Below, in pieces: positions 20,750 to 30,743 of a stretch of 53,619 nucleotides of DNA. The stretch is from Chroococcales cyanobacterium. Its GTDB lineage: Bacteria; Cyanobacteriota; Cyanobacteriia; Cyanobacteriales; Nostocaceae. Where the stretch lies: assembly GCA_038259655.1 (NCBI GenBank), contig JBBSOP010000001.1, positions 1 through 53,619 of the forward strand. The letters are read 5' to 3'. The number at the start of each line of letters is the position of its first letter. Positions within the stretch are counted from its first letter, which is position 1. The notes under the pieces are model-generated. The model had not been told where the DNA came from and did no database searches. It saw only the letters and a program-made list of their open reading frames with translations. The position numbers were made by a program, and so were the translations under genes.

Positions 20750-21724
20750 ATGAAGGTGCAACTTTCAACTATGCGTAATTCCTTTTCAACTGTCCTTGTT
20801 ACAACTACTGTTGCAGTCTCAGCTGCTTTACCAGTTCAAGCTGCGACTTTCGACTTCAGTAAATTGCAATTGATTTCCACAAAACCCATTGCAGCTAGTT
20901 CCGAATTATCTTTCTTTGGGAGTTTGGATAATAACGAAGGTCAAACAGGATTTTTTAATTCTGACCCCAATGCTTCAGACAGAGGTCATGCAGAAATTAG
21001 CCCAAATTCAGGAAGCTTCGCACCTTACTATGCAACTGGTCGCAATGCTAGTCCTGATAATAGTGGTGCTACGAGAGCCGCAAGTTTAGATGGGGTGAAA
21101 AATTTTCCTAACTTCTTCAATTATTTGAACAATAACTCAATCGCTCTTAATAGTATTGGCTTTAGTTATGGTCAAAAAAGCGATCGCAATTTCACCGAAG
21201 CCTGGAGTTTAGGGGAGGATAAACTTGGTCAAGATTGGCTAGCTAGTCCTACTTCAACAGTTGAAGAGAGAATTTATAACGCTAATCCAGACGCTGTTGA
21301 AAGCTATTTTTCATTAGGTAATACGAGGATAGTCAATTTAGGATATACCCCTTTATACGCGACTTTTGAGTATGGAGATACACCAGCACTTGAAGATAAC
21401 ATTGACCTCTTTTATACAGAACCAGTCAAAGCCACAAAAGTAGCTGGGTTAGATCCACTAGCATCAGGTCTAGCAGATGCATTTTTACAAGATGTTTCCA
21501 ATAACGGGGGTAATATTCAGCTAGTTGGAGAAGATTTCGCGGCTCTAGATGGTTCTTTTACATCTGGTAATGGCTTTAGTATATTTAACTTTCCATTACC
21601 GATATCTGTTCGCGCAGTCTCTGTTCCTGAACCCTCTGCAATCTTAGGATTTTTGATGCTTGCGGTTTCAGGTATCTTCGCTTATCCAAAACAACAAAAA
21701 AAAGCTAGAAATATCTGGAAATAG
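20750..21724 (+). CDS. Secreted PEP-CTERM protein
   Basis: Signal peptide (PVQAA); C-terminal VPEPSAILG + TM helix + basic tail. Confidence 0.88.
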   Translation: MKVQLSTMRNSFSTVLVTTTVAVSAALPVQAATFDFSKLQLISTKPIAASSELSFFGSLDNNEGQTGFFNSDPNASDRGHAEISPNSGSFAPYYATGRNASPDNSGATRAASLDGVKNFPNFFNYLNNNSIALNSIGFSYGQKSDRNFTEAWSLGEDKLGQDWLASPTSTVEERIYNANPDAVESYFSLGNTRIVNLGYTPLYATFEYGDTPALEDNIDLFYTEPVKATKVAGLDPLASGLADAFLQDVSNNGGNIQLVGEDFAALDGSFTSGNGFSIFNFPLPISVRAVSVPEPSAILGFLMLAVSGIFAYPKQQKKARNIWK

Positions 21725-21816
21725 TACCAATTCTCTATCTAAGTGTCTTAATTACGAACTACGTTAGCGCAGCGATAGCGAGTCCACGAGCGTCATTACG
21801 AATTGGAGAAACAGAG

Positions 21817-22902
21817 ATGACTATTTTTAGAAAAATGGGTATGTACTTTCATACCTTACTTACAGCGACAATGATTACAACTGGAGCAGTCATAACACCA
21901 CCATCCACAGCAGCAACTTTAAAGGTTACTGTTGAAAATGTGGCTCCAGATAAAGGGATTAATTTAGGTCATTTTTGGCTAGGCTTTCATGATGGTAGTT
22001 TTGATGCTTTTAACGCGGGTGAACCTGCTTCAGATGGAGTTGCTCTTTTAGCTGAAGAACAGGTGGTTGGTCTTGGTGCAAGGATTTTAGCAGACTTTAA
22101 TATTCCTGTTCCCCAACTCACTGATATAGTGATCAACACTTTTGCAGCGGGTACTGACTATGGTTTCATCTCTCCACAACTTCAATCTGCGTTAGAAGCA
22201 GGTAGCGATCGCCCCGCTATATCTGCAATCCTAAATTCGATTTTTAACTCCGACTTGGATGTGAACGATTTACCTCCCTCACCAGGAACCATTGCTGCTG
22301 AGTTTGCTAATAGTCCAATAGGGAAAAATGGTGGTGTTCAAGATATCTTGTTCTATCCAACATTAGCACCAATTCCTGTAGTACAGCCTCCTGGAACCAC
22401 AGCTTCGACAGTTTTTGAAGTAACCGATACTCAGAAAAATCGTTTCTTCAGCTACGCCACAATGCTTTATCCTAGCGATGATGCCTTCATTGGTAATGAT
22501 GATCCAAAAGCAATCCCAATTTTTGATGAGCAAGGAAAATTCTTAGGCGCTGACTTTGTTGTTTTAGGTAATCAATCTTGGGATGCAGGTAGTTTAGTCA
22601 ATAATGAGCAAATCTTTCCTACGCGTATAAAAGTCGCTGAAAACGGCACGATTCAACCCCACCCTGGTTTAAAAGTCTCTGGTGAAGGTGGGGTTGTAGA
22701 TTCCCAATTGGATGGATTAAGTTTTGCCAATGCTAACTTTTTAAATCCAGGCTATCAGGTAGCACACATTACTATCAAACAAGTAGATGAACCTACCACC
22801 ACTCAAGGTTTACTCGTTCTTGGTAGTTTATTATCAATAGTTACAGTGATGAGTAGACTTAAACAACGTAAAAACAACTTGTCATCACATTTTGACTCAT
22901 AA
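21817..22902 (+). CDS. Secreted spondin-domain protein with PEP-CTERM-like tail
   Basis: Signal peptide; LKVTVEN, FHDGSFD, MLYPSDDAFIG, WDAGS spondin-like motifs; VDEPTT + TM + basic tail. Confidence 0.75.
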   Translation: MTIFRKMGMYFHTLLTATMITTGAVITPPSTAATLKVTVENVAPDKGINLGHFWLGFHDGSFDAFNAGEPASDGVALLAEEQVVGLGARILADFNIPVPQLTDIVINTFAAGTDYGFISPQLQSALEAGSDRPAISAILNSIFNSDLDVNDLPPSPGTIAAEFANSPIGKNGGVQDILFYPTLAPIPVVQPPGTTASTVFEVTDTQKNRFFSYATMLYPSDDAFIGNDDPKAIPIFDEQGKFLGADFVVLGNQSWDAGSLVNNEQIFPTRIKVAENGTIQPHPGLKVSGEGGVVDSQLDGLSFANANFLNPGYQVAHITIKQVDEPTTTQGLLVLGSLLSIVTVMSRLKQRKNNLSSHFDS

Positions 22903-23384
22903 AGTTGTTTAAAGTAAACCTACATTAAATCAGTTATCAGTTATCACAGTTTCAGTCGGGGAATTTAACCCAAGATAAATACATCACTGATAACTGTTCA
23001 CTGTTAAAAGTGGGTTTTCCGCCACTAAATCAACCCAAAACTGCACAGTAATATCAGGTTTGTAGTGAGGATTTCAATCCTCGTTAATAACTAATTTAGG
23101 GAATGAAATCGCTCACTACGAACTTATCATCATCGATTTGGCAGATTCTATAAAAAACTCACTTCATTACCGTAAGTCTAACTGTCAATTCAATTCCAAC
23201 TTAAAAGTTTCTCTTTCATGTTAATAATGTTCAGCAAATAAGGCTAGCCAAGAGTTTTGTCTAGCACTTGTTACAAATTTACCATGCGTAAATCTCACAA
23301 CCAAACATGAAAGCTACCTCTACTCCCTAGTTTCAAGCTAGATCAGAGTTCATTCAACTACATCATTCCCATAGGTTCAAAATT

Positions 23385-23795
23385 ATGTCTACATCAATTC
23401 CAATCATGCCTGTAACAACTCAAACACCTACTCCAATCATGCCTATACCAATTCAAACAGTAACTCCGGAAATTCAAAAGGGTTTCAATCTTTTAGGATT
23501 AAAAGTTTCGGATATAGAATTAAACGAGCTTCAACATGGTAATATTGTTTCCCTAGAAAGTAGACGTTTAAGTGAAATTGGCTCAGTTCTAATACTTGCA
23601 GAAGCCCTTTCATCATTGCATTCAGTTAAAAATATTACTTTCAATGATTTGCCAAAAGTTGTTACAGAATCTTTAAATTGTTCTGGGATTCCTGTTCATC
23701 GCTGGAATGATGATATACTTGGTAAGTGTTACCTTCTTTTAACTTTATTAGATGGTAAACCCGCATTTAAGATATCATCTCAAAACGTAGCGTAA
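23385..23795 (+). CDS. Hypothetical protein
   Basis: 136-aa ATG ORF co-oriented with the cluster; no recognised motif. Confidence 0.55.
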   Translation: MSTSIPIMPVTTQTPTPIMPIPIQTVTPEIQKGFNLLGLKVSDIELNELQHGNIVSLESRRLSEIGSVLILAEALSSLHSVKNITFNDLPKVVTESLNCSGIPVHRWNDDILGKCYLLLTLLDGKPAFKISSQNVA

Positions 23796-23960
23796 ATCCC
23801 AAACACTTCAAGTATATTTTCTGGGTAGATAAACTATAAAACAATTCCATCACCCGTTGAAAAGATTCTCAGTTTTGCGCTGCTTTGATCCAAAATTATC
23901 TCGACTTGTCTAAGTTCAAAAACCAAGTCACTACACATTTGAACACGAAAGGATTTTTCC

Positions 23961-24560
23961 ATGACGACATCAAAATCTTATCAGGATTTGTCGGTTTTAC
24001 ATGAAAGTCTGATTTTATCAAAACAAATTGTCAACCCTGTAACAGGCGATCGCATGACAATTCTTTGCTCTAGTGCTGATAGTAACGGGGAATATTTTAA
24101 AGTTCAGTTTGACCTCCCTCCAGGGGCGAAAGGTAGTCCTTTACACTACCACGGTTCAATGAGTGAGACATTTGAAGTTATCAGAGGTTCACTTAGTATG
24201 GAACTGGGTGAAAAAAGAAACAAAAAAATACTGCGATCGGGAAACAAAGTACACGTTTACCCTGGAATGCACCATAGTTTCAAGAATGAATCAGACGACT
24301 GGGTAACGTTCATTAGTGAAATGCATCCTGCTGGTAATTTCGAGCAGTTCATTAAAGCTTGGTACGGTTTAGGTGTAGACGGAAAAGTAAATCAGGATGG
24401 AGTACCTACCAATTTATTGCAACTAGCTTTGATTGTGCAAAAATCTGACACCATAGTTGTTGGACAGTCGCCATTTATCCAAAAATTGGTACTCAATGGA
24501 CTAGCTAAAATTGGTCAAATTTTAAAAGTTGATCAATCCTTAGTCAAATATTGGTCGTAA
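23961..24560 (+). CDS. Cupin-domain protein
   Basis: PLHYH...ETFEV and PGMHHSFKN cupin motifs. Confidence 0.85.
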   Translation: MTTSKSYQDLSVLHESLILSKQIVNPVTGDRMTILCSSADSNGEYFKVQFDLPPGAKGSPLHYHGSMSETFEVIRGSLSMELGEKRNKKILRSGNKVHVYPGMHHSFKNESDDWVTFISEMHPAGNFEQFIKAWYGLGVDGKVNQDGVPTNLLQLALIVQKSDTIVVGQSPFIQKLVLNGLAKIGQILKVDQSLVKYWS

Positions 24561-24634
24561 CTCAATCCTCAAGATTCGTAATTCGTAATATTTTAATTAC
24601 GAATTACGACTTACAAATTATCTAGGAGAGAACC

Positions 24635-25387
24635 ATGACAAATCGCGTACAACTTTTGAGAACAACAGGTACTGTATTAACTTTTCTATCTATCTCCATC
24701 AACATACCCTACATTTTGCTGATTCAAAATTTTGAGTACGATGATATTTTGCGTGAACCCGCTAACTACATCCTAACTAAGTTTCATGAAGGCGGTTCTG
24801 GACTCATATTTACTTGGTTTATTTTTGCTTTATTAGCATTGCTATTCATTCCAGCTAGTACTTTTTTGCAAAAAGTCTTAGCGCGAGAAGACACTACATA
24901 TTTATCTGCTGCTACCATCATGGGTGTACTTTCCGGTATCTTACAGTCCATTGGACTGATGCGCTGGGTGTTTGTAGTTCCAGTCTTAGCCGATCAGTAC
25001 GTTCAGCAAACAACCGATAGAGCAACTCGTGCTGCGATCGCGGTTGTCTTTCAAGCAATTAATCAATACGGCGGCGTTGTCATCGGTGAACATTTAGGAC
25101 AAACCCTACTCGCTTTTTGGACATTAGGAGTTGGTATAGCAATGCTTGGTTCAACCTATTTTAAACCTTGGATTGCTTGGTTTGGTCTTTTTACAGTACC
25201 TCTGTTAATTCTCGGACAAAGCGAATTACTTGCAACAGTTATTCCATCTATACCTGTATGGAAAGTAACTCCTATTGGTTTCATGCTTTGGGAACTTTGG
25301 CTATTAATCACAGGAGTTAGTCTACTATTGACCGCAAATAAATATGAGAATAGCGATAAAAATAGCAAGCAAATCTCTAGAGTGTAA
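24635..25387 (+). CDS. Integral membrane protein (DUF4386-like)
   Basis: About 6 TM segments; FEYDDILREP, GLMRWVFVVP and GEHLG patterns. Confidence 0.7.
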   Translation: MTNRVQLLRTTGTVLTFLSISINIPYILLIQNFEYDDILREPANYILTKFHEGGSGLIFTWFIFALLALLFIPASTFLQKVLAREDTTYLSAATIMGVLSGILQSIGLMRWVFVVPVLADQYVQQTTDRATRAAIAVVFQAINQYGGVVIGEHLGQTLLAFWTLGVGIAMLGSTYFKPWIAWFGLFTVPLLILGQSELLATVIPSIPVWKVTPIGFMLWELWLLITGVSLLLTANKYENSDKNSKQISRV

Positions 25388-25473
25388 TAAAGGTTTCACT
25401 TAACGCAAGCATAATTTCACTCAAGAGAGTTGTTAATACTTATTAATAACACCATTCATTAAGTTAAAAACTC

Positions 25474-26229
25474 ATGATTGATACAAACAAATGGATTGTC
25501 CGCTATCAATCCCGTCCTAGAGTTCGTTTGCGCTTATTTTGCTTTCCTTATGCTGGAGGTAGCGCTTCTATATATCGTCAATGGTCAGAGTTATTACCGT
25601 CAGATATTGAAGTTTGTCCTATACAACTTCCTGGACGAGAAAATAGATCAACGGAACCTCCCTTCGCTCACGTTACGCCACTTGTTCAAAGCTTATTACC
25701 AGCATTACGTCCTTATCTAGACCTTCCCTATGCTTTTTTTGGTCATAGTATGGGAGCCTTAATCAGTTTTGAATTAGCTCGTCAAATCCGCAATCAACGT
25801 TATCCTGAGCCTCAACATTTATTTGTTTCTAGTCGTCGTTCTCCTCATCTTTTCGCCTCAGATTCTCCTATCCATCAGCTACCTGATACCGCTTTTTGGG
25901 AAGAGCTTCGTTTATATGGTGGTGTCCCAGATGTATTGCTAAAAAATCCTCACATAGCAAAGTTTTTTCTACCGCTTTTGCGAGCAGATTTCGCTATCCA
26001 TGAAACATATAAATATACTCCAGGTGTACGATTTAATTATCCTATAACTGCTTTTGGAGGTTTACAGGATAAAAAAGTTGAATCTGAAGAAATAATAGCT
26101 TGGAGAGAAATGACTAACAGCGATTTTGACTTACACCTCTTTCCTGGCAATCACTTCTTTATTCGCCAAGAATACCATCAAATTTTATCAGTCATAGCAC
26201 AAGATCTAAATAGAAAAGTTGCAGCCTAA
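25474..26229 (+). CDS. Type II thioesterase
   Basis: LFCFPYAGG, GHSMG nucleophile, LRADF, GNHFF. Confidence 0.94.
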   Translation: MIDTNKWIVRYQSRPRVRLRLFCFPYAGGSASIYRQWSELLPSDIEVCPIQLPGRENRSTEPPFAHVTPLVQSLLPALRPYLDLPYAFFGHSMGALISFELARQIRNQRYPEPQHLFVSSRRSPHLFASDSPIHQLPDTAFWEELRLYGGVPDVLLKNPHIAKFFLPLLRADFAIHETYKYTPGVRFNYPITAFGGLQDKKVESEEIIAWREMTNSDFDLHLFPGNHFFIRQEYHQILSVIAQDLNRKVAA

Positions 26230-26538
26230 TTTATCGATTTGAACACCGAAAAGTTTTGTAGTGATTAAGCTGGCGGCAATAAGTCAAAGTACATTAAGTA
26301 ATGTAAATAAAGTGAAATTAGCTCGTAGTAAGGGCTTTAGCCCTTTAAAGCCCTGCGGACTTAACTACGCTTACCGCGTAAGAGGACTAAAGTCCTCTCT
26401 ACGAGACGCTACGCGTAGCTTGCTTCCCCGGAGGGGTACACTACAAACCTTTCATTATTTCTGATAAAAGTCTCTCAATTACAACTCTGCCAAACCTTTG
26501 CATTAGCCCATAGTAGAACAATAACGTGGTTTAACATC

Positions 26539-27669
26539 ATGACAATTAGCAATTTACTTAGCACTAATATCGAATCTTCAATGGTTTTAATGACTCCAAT
26601 GCAGATTAAGCAGCAACTGCCTTTAAACGAAGTTGCTGCCGAAACTGTATTGCATGGTAGACAAGCTATCCAAAATATTCTGGATGGTAAAGATTCCCGG
26701 AAATTTGTTATTGTAGGCCCTTGTTCTATCCACGATTTCAAGGCTACTTTAGCTTATGCACAAAGGTTAAAAATTCTTGCCGATAAAGTCAAAGATGAAT
26801 TATTGGTTGTGATGAGAGTTTACTTTGAAAAACCTAGAACCACTATAGGATGGAAAGGATTAATTAACGACCCAGATTTAGATGGTTCTTTTAATATTCA
26901 AAAAGGTCTATTGACAGCACGTAAATTACTCCTCAAAATTGCTGAATTGGGATTACCTGCTGCAACAGAAGCTTTAGATCCTGTAACACCTCAATATTTT
27001 TCTGATTTAATTTCTTGGGCTGCAATTGGCGCGCGCACTATTGAATCTCAAATCCATCGGGAAATGGCCAGCGGCTTATCTATGCCAATAGGTTTTAAAA
27101 ATGGTACTGATGGTAATATTCAAGTTGCTCTTGATGCCATTCAATCATCCAATAAATCCCATCATTTTTTAGGAATTGACCAAACTGGCCAAGTCTGTAC
27201 CTTCAAAGCAAAAGGAAATATTTACGGTCATATCATTTTACGCGGAGGAGATGGTAAACCTAATTTTGATGCCCCTACTGTAGCTTGGGTAGATAAAAAG
27301 TTAGAAGGACTCAAATTACCTCAAAGAATTGTCATTGATTGTAGTCATGGCAATTCTTATAAAGATCATAAGCTACAGGCTACAGTCTTTAATAATGTTC
27401 TCCAGCAAATTGCAGATGGAAATAAATCTATTGTTGGCATGATGTTAGAGTCAAATTTGTATGAAGGCAATCAAAAAATTCCTACAGATTTGAAACAATT
27501 GCAGTATGGTGTGTCTGTTACAGATAAATGTATTAGTTGGGAAGAAACAGAATATATCATTCTATCTGCTCATCAAAAACTCAGAACAAATAGAAATATT
27601 TCACTGCAAACTTCGGGAATATTTGGATCTGAAAATCATACTCGAAGCTTGTTGACAACTGTACGATAG
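26539..27669 (+). CDS. aroF: DAHP synthase (class I-alpha, AroF/G-type)
   Basis: GPCSIHD, RVYFEKPRT, IGARTIESQ, GFKNGT, IDCSHGNS, SVTD. Confidence 0.95.
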   Translation: MTISNLLSTNIESSMVLMTPMQIKQQLPLNEVAAETVLHGRQAIQNILDGKDSRKFVIVGPCSIHDFKATLAYAQRLKILADKVKDELLVVMRVYFEKPRTTIGWKGLINDPDLDGSFNIQKGLLTARKLLLKIAELGLPAATEALDPVTPQYFSDLISWAAIGARTIESQIHREMASGLSMPIGFKNGTDGNIQVALDAIQSSNKSHHFLGIDQTGQVCTFKAKGNIYGHIILRGGDGKPNFDAPTVAWVDKKLEGLKLPQRIVIDCSHGNSYKDHKLQATVFNNVLQQIADGNKSIVGMMLESNLYEGNQKIPTDLKQLQYGVSVTDKCISWEETEYIILSAHQKLRTNRNISLQTSGIFGSENHTRSLLTTVR

Positions 27670-27715
27670 CTATCAACAAAATTCAGTTCAATAAATCCGA
27701 CATCTTTTGGGGTTT

Positions 27716-27791
27716 GTTGGGTTTCACTTCTTTCAACCCAACCTACACAGCCAAATTTTTGGTGCGTTAGGACTAATGTCCATAACGCACC
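27716..27791. repeat. Two REP-like palindromic hairpins
   Basis: gttgggtt...aacccaac and ggtgcgtta...taacgcacc inverted repeats downstream of the DAHP synthase gene. Confidence 0.65.
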
Positions 27792-27987
27792 CCACATAGT
27801 AAAATCCAATTTATACAAAAACTACTGTAAATACAATAATAATTACTATTAATAATAACTGACAAATATCCTACAAATTCAAAAATTTTTCCCTTGAAAC
27901 TCTATTGAAATTAAATTAATTTATAAGTGTTGACATTCATTATATAGTCCTAATAAATCTTGAGATCAACAAAACAAGAGGTTGTTT

Positions 27988-28233
27988 ATGACCAGACAAG
28001 AAATATTTAACAAAGTCCAAATTGTTGTTTCAGAAGAATTAGCAAATGAACAACAAATAATTACACCTGAAGCTAATTTCACTTTAGATTTAGGAGCAGA
28101 TTACTTAGATTTAATAGCAGTGTTTCAAGCATTAGAAGATGCTTTCAATACAAGAATACCTGCTCAAGAAGCAAAGCAACTGATAACAGTACAACAAGTT
28201 GTTAATTACATTGGTCAGAAAATTATTTTTTGA
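27988..28233 (+). CDS. AcpP-like acyl carrier protein lacking the attachment Ser (DLGADYLD)
   Basis: Size and sequence resemble cyanobacterial AcpP and it precedes fabF; codon 28102-28104 is TAC where Ser is expected. Confidence 0.85.
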   Translation: MTRQEIFNKVQIVVSEELANEQQIITPEANFTLDLGADYLDLIAVFQALEDAFNTRIPAQEAKQLITVQQVVNYIGQKIIF

Positions 28234-28243
28234 GTTTTTACTT

Positions 28244-29500
28244 ATGATTAGCAAAAATTTAAGACGGGTTGTAGTTACAGGTATGGGAGCTATTACCCCT
28301 TTAGGAAATACGGTGAAGGAGTATTGGGACGGGTTGATTGCTGGACGCAGTGGTATTGATGCGATTACCCATTTTGATGCTTCTTTGCATAATTGTAAAA
28401 TTGCAGCTGAAGTTAGGGACTTCGACCCTCATGACTATTTAGAACGCAAAGATGCCAAGCATATATCTCGTTTTGCTCAATTTGCTGTTGCTGCCAGTAT
28501 GCAAGCGATCGCTAATGCTGAATTTAAAATCAACGACTCCAATGCTACTCAAGTTGGCATCATTATAGGCAATGGCATCGGCGGTTTGCAAGTCATCGAG
28601 GAGCAACAAAAAATCTTCCTCACTCAAGGACCGAAACGCTGTAGTCCCTTTACGATTCCCATGACAATCTCTAACATCGCAGCAGGACTGACAGCAATTC
28701 ATACAGGAGCTAAAGGGCCAAACTATTGCACTGTAACAGCTTGTGCTGCTGGTTCTAATGCCATTGGAGAGGCTTTTCGCTTAATTCAAACAGGTCAGGC
28801 TCAGGCTATGATTTGTGGTGGTACAGAAGCAGCAATTACACCCCTGTGTATAGCTGCCTTCAATTCTGCTAAAACGCTATCAAACAGAAACGAAGAACCC
28901 ACCCGTGCCTCTCGTCCCTTTGATAAAGAACGAAATGGTTTCGTGATGGGAGAAGGAGCAGGCATTTTACTCATAGAAGATTTAGAACACGCTATCCGCC
29001 GGGGAGCGACTCATATATATGCAGAGATTGTTGGTTATGGTTTGACTTGTGATGCTTACCATATAACTACTCCAAGTCCTAACGGCGAGGGAGCAACCAG
29101 AGCTATGGAACTAGCGCTGAAAGATGCTAGGTTGTTCCCCAACGAAGTAAGCTACATTAACGCTCACGGTACTAGCACTCTAGCCAACGATGCTATAGAA
29201 ACTTTAGCTATTAAGCAAGCTCTAGGCAACCGCGCCCTCGAAATTCCCATTAGTTCTACAAAATCAATGACTGGTCATCTTTTGGGGGCTTCTGGAGGCA
29301 TTGAAGCTATTGCAACAGTTTTAACAGTAGGTCTTGATATCATTCCACCGACAATCAATCTAGACCAACCAGACCCAAAATGTGATCTGGACTATGTTCC
29401 CCACATAAGCCGAAGTCAAAGAGTAGATATTGCTCTTTCTAACTCTTTCGGCTTTGGAGGTCATAATGTGTCTTTAGCTTTCAAAAAATTTGAAGATTAA
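28244..29500 (+). CDS. fabF: Beta-ketoacyl-ACP synthase II
   Basis: RRVVVTGMG, TACAAG, HGTST, GHLLG, SNSFGFGG; ATG 28244. Confidence 0.95.
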   Translation: MISKNLRRVVVTGMGAITPLGNTVKEYWDGLIAGRSGIDAITHFDASLHNCKIAAEVRDFDPHDYLERKDAKHISRFAQFAVAASMQAIANAEFKINDSNATQVGIIIGNGIGGLQVIEEQQKIFLTQGPKRCSPFTIPMTISNIAAGLTAIHTGAKGPNYCTVTACAAGSNAIGEAFRLIQTGQAQAMICGGTEAAITPLCIAAFNSAKTLSNRNEEPTRASRPFDKERNGFVMGEGAGILLIEDLEHAIRRGATHIYAEIVGYGLTCDAYHITTPSPNGEGATRAMELALKDARLFPNEVSYINAHGTSTLANDAIETLAIKQALGNRALEIPISSTKSMTGHLLGASGGIEAIATVLTVGLDIIPPTINLDQPDPKCDLDYVPHISRSQRVDIALSNSFGFGGHNVSLAFKKFED

Positions 29501-29508
29501 TTACATAA

Positions 29509-29540
29509 GGGGCATTGGGCATGGGGCATGGGGCATGGGA
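29509..29540. repeat. Heptamer tandem repeat (GGGGCAT)n, STRR-like
   Basis: ggggcattgggcatggggcatggggcatggg. Confidence 0.8.
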
Positions 29541-29620
29541 AAATTCTTGCTCCTCTGCTCTTTTGCAACTAACGCAGAATCAAAGATTTCGACTACAAAA
29601 ATAATTAGCAATTAAAGCAG

Positions 29621-30631
29621 ATGAAATCCTTAGTAAGACAAGGTCTTGTTCTGACGGGGACTGGCTCTGCGGTTCCTGAGACGTATTTAGATAATCATCA
29701 AATTAATCAGATGGTAGTTACCTCTGATGATTGGATAAAAACCCGTACAGGAATTAGCCGCCGCCATCTTCTTCCGTCTCAGGATTCGCTCACAACTATG
29801 GCGACTGAAGCTGCTCAAAAGGCCATAGATATGGCAGGCATAGCACCACAAAACATAGATTTAATTATTTTAGCTACATCTACCCCTGATGATTTGTTTG
29901 GTAATGCCGGTCTGATTCAAGCTCGACTGGGAGCCACCCAAGCTGTAGCTTTTGATTTAACAGCAGCCTGTTCTGGTTTTGTGTTTGGTTTAGTAACTGC
30001 TGCCCAATTTATGCGTACTGGGACTTATCAAAACGTTCTTCTCATCGGTGCTGAAGTACTTTCACGCTGGGTAGATTGGTCTGACCGACGTACCTGTGTT
30101 CTATTTGGTGATGGAGCAGGTGCAGTAGTTCTCCAAGCAAGTGAACATGATTGTCTGTTGGGTTTTCAACTTCATACTAACGGTACGCAAAATCAACATC
30201 TAAAATTAGAGTTCCAAGGGCAAGAGAAACTCCTAGTTGATGATATCCGCATTGGACAAGGTACATATCAACCCATTTCCATGAACGGACAAGAAGTTTA
30301 CCGCTTTGCCATTCAAAAAGTCCCCGAAGTTATTGAAAAGGCACTATATCGAGCAGGTCTAGTTGTTGACCAAGTAGACTGGCTATTGATGCATCAGGCC
30401 AATCGGCGGATTTTGGATGCTGTGGCTGAACGTTTAGGTATCCCTAATCAAAAAATCATTAGTAATTTAGCAAATTATGGAAATACCTCTGCTGCTTCAA
30501 TTCCTTTGGCTTTGGATGAAGCTGTTCGCCAGGGACAAATTAAAGCAAATGATGTCGTGGCTTTAGCTGGATTTGGAGCCGGACTTTCTTGGGGCGCTGC
30601 CATTTTCAAGTGGGGTTCTCTTAATTCGTAA
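29621..30631 (+). CDS. fabH: Beta-ketoacyl-ACP synthase III
   Basis: AACSGF, HQAN, GNTSAAS (Cys-His-Asn triad). Confidence 0.95.
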   Translation: MKSLVRQGLVLTGTGSAVPETYLDNHQINQMVVTSDDWIKTRTGISRRHLLPSQDSLTTMATEAAQKAIDMAGIAPQNIDLIILATSTPDDLFGNAGLIQARLGATQAVAFDLTAACSGFVFGLVTAAQFMRTGTYQNVLLIGAEVLSRWVDWSDRRTCVLFGDGAGAVVLQASEHDCLLGFQLHTNGTQNQHLKLEFQGQEKLLVDDIRIGQGTYQPISMNGQEVYRFAIQKVPEVIEKALYRAGLVVDQVDWLLMHQANRRILDAVAERLGIPNQKIISNLANYGNTSAASIPLALDEAVRQGQIKANDVVALAGFGAGLSWGAAIFKWGSLNS

Positions 30632-30743
30632 TTCAAAAATCCACTCCTACTCTCTGCAACTCCGCGCGGCAGTCGCTACAAGTCGGGGAACCCGCCCAAC
30701 GCGCTGCCTTGTCTCTGCGCGAAACAAAAATCATCCCATGAAT

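Noticed and set aside
30573-30737. N-terminal extension of the PAL ORF (likewise 15472-15540, 28199-28243, 36224-36358, 45877-45945, 52564-52629)
   Set aside because: These extensions overlap upstream genes, repeats or operators; downstream ATGs match family N-termini and/or have an RBS.
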